Assembly: GCA_965223855.1 (NCBI GenBank)
Contig: CBDCXM010000008.1
Coordinates: forward strand, 320,001 to 384,000
Origin: Candidatus Multivoradales bacterium
GTDB lineage: Bacteria; Acidobacteriota; Thermoanaerobaculia; Multivoradales; JAHEKO01
Direction of reading: 5' to 3'
Length of the DNA: 64,000 nt
The position numbers and the translations under genes were made by a program. The notes under the pieces were generated by a model. That model did not search any database. It was not told the origin of the DNA and saw only the letters and a program-made list of their open reading frames with translations. Below, in pieces: positions 61,251 to 64,000 of the stretch (positions are counted from its first letter, which is position 1; every line of letters begins with the position of its first letter).

Positions 61251-62915
61251 ATGAACGCACCCTCCGCCGTCCTTCTCCTTGTGCTGTTGGCGGGCTGCCA
61301 GGGCGACACCGAGGCTCCGGCGGCAGCGGCGCCCGCCTCGTTCGACGACCCGCAGGTGCTGGCCGCCTGGCTCGGAGGGACGATCCGCATCGACGACCTC
61401 GATCGTCACCTTTTGGCGAAGCGGCCGTTGGCACGCCTGGCACCGCCGGATCGTTCGCAGAAGGAGTGGCTCGAGGAGCAGTTGATGCAGCTCTTCGAGC
61501 TCGAGCTGGCGCAGGAAGACGAGGCGCTCTTCGTCGAGGAGAGCTGGGAGGTCGCCCGGCGACCGCTGCTGGTCGATGCCCTGCTGCGGCTGGAGACGGC
61601 CGGCGATCGGACGACCCGCGAAGAAGCGCGTGCGATCTTCGACCGCTACCGTGACCGGGCGAAAACGCCGGAGCGCCGCATTCTCAGCAACATTCTCATC
61701 GCCTATCCCGAGGGAGCGGACGCCGGCGGCAGAGAGCAGGCGTGTGCGAGGGCTGAAGCGCTGCGAGGGGACATCGCGGCCGGGCTCAGCTTCGAGACCG
61801 CCGCACGCGAGCACTCGGACTCCCGCACCGCCGCCGCAGGAGGCGAGATCGGAGTGGTCCAGCGCGCCAGCCTGCGGGGCGAAGTTCGCGAAGAGGTTTT
61901 CTCGCTCGAGCCGGGCCGGGTCAGTCGCGTCATCCCGACTCCGGCCGGATGCCAGCTCTTCTTCGTCCGCGCAATTCTGCCGGCGACGGAGATCGACTTC
62001 GAGGAGGCGCTGCCGCAGATCCTCGAGCAACTTCGGCAGCAGAAGACGCAGGCGCTGATCGCCCGGCTGCTCGACGAGGAGTCGGAGCGCACGTCGACTC
62101 CCCTCCCCGACTTCGACGATCCTGCAGCTGCGCCGGAGTTCCCGGGGCTCACGCCACAGGCCCTCGCGTCGGCGCGAACGAGGAGCACCACGCCACGCCA
62201 GGCCTTCGGCCAGGCGGTGGCGGAGCTCATGCTCAGCCGCCGGATGCTCGACCTTCACCCCGACGAGGCGGAGCGGGCGCTCGCGACCCCGAAGCGGGAC
62301 GCCCTCCTCGACTGGCATCGCCGTCGCCAGCGGCTCGAGTGGGTCGAGCGGATCCCAGAGGCCGAGCTGCTCGAGTTCTTCGAGCAGCGTCGCAGCCAGT
62401 TCGTCTCGCAGCCCGGGATCGAGCTGACCGTGCTCACCTGGAGGCTCGAGCCGGGTGACCCGGTCGCGCAGATGCAGGAGCCGCGTCGCGTCGCCGGCGC
62501 GCTCAGGGCGGGTGGCGACCTCGAGGCCGTCTGGAGCGAAATCGAAGAGGTCGCTTCCAGGGAGCGGCTTCCGCTGACCGACTTCAGGAGCCTCCCCTCA
62601 CTCCATCCGAGGCTGTCGGTCCTCATCGGTCAGAGCTTCGAGCAGGGAGACGTTCTCGGACCGGCACGCTCCGGCGACACGATCGTGCTCGCCAGAGTCG
62701 AGAACTGGGTTCCTTCGAGACCGCTCGCCTTCGCCGAAGCGCTGGATCTGGTGCGCTCCGAGTACGCCCGCCTGCACCGCTCGGTGATCGAAGAGGAGCG
62801 GCTCGCCGCTCTGCGGGAGGAGCACCAGCTCGTTCTCAACGAGGAGGGGCTCGAGCAGTTCGGCGGGCGGCTGCTCGAGCGGCTGCTCACGGCGTCGCCG
62901 GGAGAGGCCGGTTGA
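61251..62915 (+). CDS. PpiC/parvulin-domain lipoprotein foldase
   Basis: Lipobox LAGC, ERRILSNILI, FETAAREHSD...GGEIG, FSLEPGRVS, PLAFAEA. Confidence 0.8.
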   Translation: MNAPSAVLLLVLLAGCQGDTEAPAAAAPASFDDPQVLAAWLGGTIRIDDLDRHLLAKRPLARLAPPDRSQKEWLEEQLMQLFELELAQEDEALFVEESWEVARRPLLVDALLRLETAGDRTTREEARAIFDRYRDRAKTPERRILSNILIAYPEGADAGGREQACARAEALRGDIAAGLSFETAAREHSDSRTAAAGGEIGVVQRASLRGEVREEVFSLEPGRVSRVIPTPAGCQLFFVRAILPATEIDFEEALPQILEQLRQQKTQALIARLLDEESERTSTPLPDFDDPAAAPEFPGLTPQALASARTRSTTPRQAFGQAVAELMLSRRMLDLHPDEAERALATPKRDALLDWHRRRQRLEWVERIPEAELLEFFEQRRSQFVSQPGIELTVLTWRLEPGDPVAQMQEPRRVAGALRAGGDLEAVWSEIEEVASRERLPLTDFRSLPSLHPRLSVLIGQSFEQGDVLGPARSGDTIVLARVENWVPSRPLAFAEALDLVRSEYARLHRSVIEEERLAALREEHQLVLNEEGLEQFGGRLLERLLTASPGEAG

Positions 62916-64000
62916 GGGCGGCCGCCTTCTCCGTCTTCACCGCCGTCCTCACAGGCACGCTCGCGGCCGGCTGCGGGCAGACCGAAGAGCTGGCGCTGAT
63001 CCGCGCCGAGAACGCCACCGAGCTCGGGCGCCACGACTGGGCCCGCCTCTACTACGCCGAGGCGCGCGCCGCAGGCACGACCGGCCCCGACCTCGAGCGG
63101 CTCGAGGCGACCTCGTGGCTCCTCGGCTATCAGCGAAGTCTCAGCGAAGGGGTCTCGCGGCTCGAGGCCTACCTCGCGAGCCAACCTGACGACAGCGAGA
63201 CAGCGCTGCTGCTGGCGTCGAACCTCCACATCCTCGGCCGGCTCGACATGTCCAATCCAGTGCTCGAGCTCCTCGACGAATCCGCGCGCGCCGACCGTTG
63301 GAGAGCCGAAGCCCTGCTCGACCAGCAGCCCGAGAGGGCTCTGGACATCGCCATCGAGGCGGCCTCGAAGATCGAACCGCACGGCTGGGAAGGAGTGATC
63401 CGGGCGCGCCTTCTGCTGCTGGCAGCTCAGGCCGCCGAGCGGCTCGACGATGCTTCGTCGGCACTGCGACACGCCGAGGCCTCGCTGGTGGAAGACCCGC
63501 TCGCCCAGGAGAGCCACTACCTGGCCTCGCGGCTCGCGCGCAGACTCGATCTCGAAGAGCGCGCCGCCACAGCTCTCGAGGAATTCGAGGCGGCAGGCAT
63601 TCTGCGGCCGTCCGGAACGTCCGGTCCGCCGTCTCTCGACGACCAGCGCCGGGCGTTCGCCACCCTCGACCACCCTCCCTTCTCGGCAGCTCCGGTTTTC
63701 CAGCTTCGAGCACTGGAGCTGGCGCTCGACAGCGGTGACCTCGCGGCCGCAACGAGCCGCCTGTCAGAGCTGCGGGCGGTCGCCAGCGACGCTCCCGAGC
63801 AGTGGCTCCGGCTGGCCGCGGCTTTCGACGAGGCCGGCTCGCCATCGGTCGCGCGCGACCTGCTCGAGCTGGCGCTCGAACAGCGTCCGGGCGACCTCCA
63901 GACGATCGTTGGTCTCGTGCGCCTCGATCTCGACGAGGGAGCCTTCGACCTCGCCGCGAAGCGGCTCGAGCCCGCGATCGGGAGTCATCCGCGCTCCGCG
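62912..64000 (+). CDS. TPR lipoprotein (runs off the window end)
   Basis: TTGA overlap; manual translation MRAAAFSVFTAVLTGTLAAGCGQ... with TPR-like helices (LEAYLASQPDD, LELALEQRPGD); no stop before 64000. Confidence 0.75.
   Translation, partial: MRAAAFSVFTAVLTGTLAAGCGQTEELALIRAENATELGRHDWARLYYAEARAAGTTGPDLERLEATSWLLGYQRSLSEGVSRLEAYLASQPDDSETALLLASNLHILGRLDMSNPVLELLDESARADRWRAEALLDQQPERALDIAIEAASKIEPHGWEGVIRARLLLLAAQAAERLDDASSALRHAEASLVEDPLAQESHYLASRLARRLDLEERAATALEEFEAAGILRPSGTSGPPSLDDQRRAFATLDHPPFSAAPVFQLRALELALDSGDLAAATSRLSELRAVASDAPEQWLRLAAAFDEAGSPSVARDLLELALEQRPGDLQTIVGLVRLDLDEGAFDLAAKRLEPAIGSHPRSA

Overview
This is a very GC-rich (roughly 70%) bacterial chromosome segment. Gene content and protein styles suggest Acidobacteriota, probably Thermoanaerobaculia (inference). 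It is mostly core genome: fmt-ftsK-rsmA, a MoxR/DUF58/BatABCD operon plus a diguanylate cyclase, lat-pcd lysine catabolism, futalosine menaquinone genes (mqnC, mqnA), a LytS/LytTR pair, tRNA-Lys/tRNA-Leu-tig-clpP-clpX-lon-engB-rho, moaA, an acyl-CoA catabolic cluster, rplU-rpmA-obgE-nadD-rsfS, and a peptide ABC importer without ATPases. No rRNA, CRISPR array, integrase or transposase was seen. The most notable signals are: (1) two diverged copies of a ~185-nt non-coding rod-shaped element with compensatory base changes and CTAG-like ends fused to stop codons (12731-12915, 27320-27503); (2) an envelope locus at 56.7-64 kb with a secreted beta-rich protein ending in PVEVMAFEVD, two PpiC foldases, a Thr-nucleophile sulfatase-like/TPR protein and a TPR lipoprotein; (3) a CruR-like DUF2946 leader ending in RGPP plus a Met/His-rich outer-membrane protein, inserted between clpP and clpX; (4) a sensorless sigma-54 activator homolog with altered Walker motifs at the end of the rplU-rsfS operon; (5) a 1-nt frameshift in engB; (6) several probable leaderless genes. 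All calls come from manual motif reading; no database searches were run.
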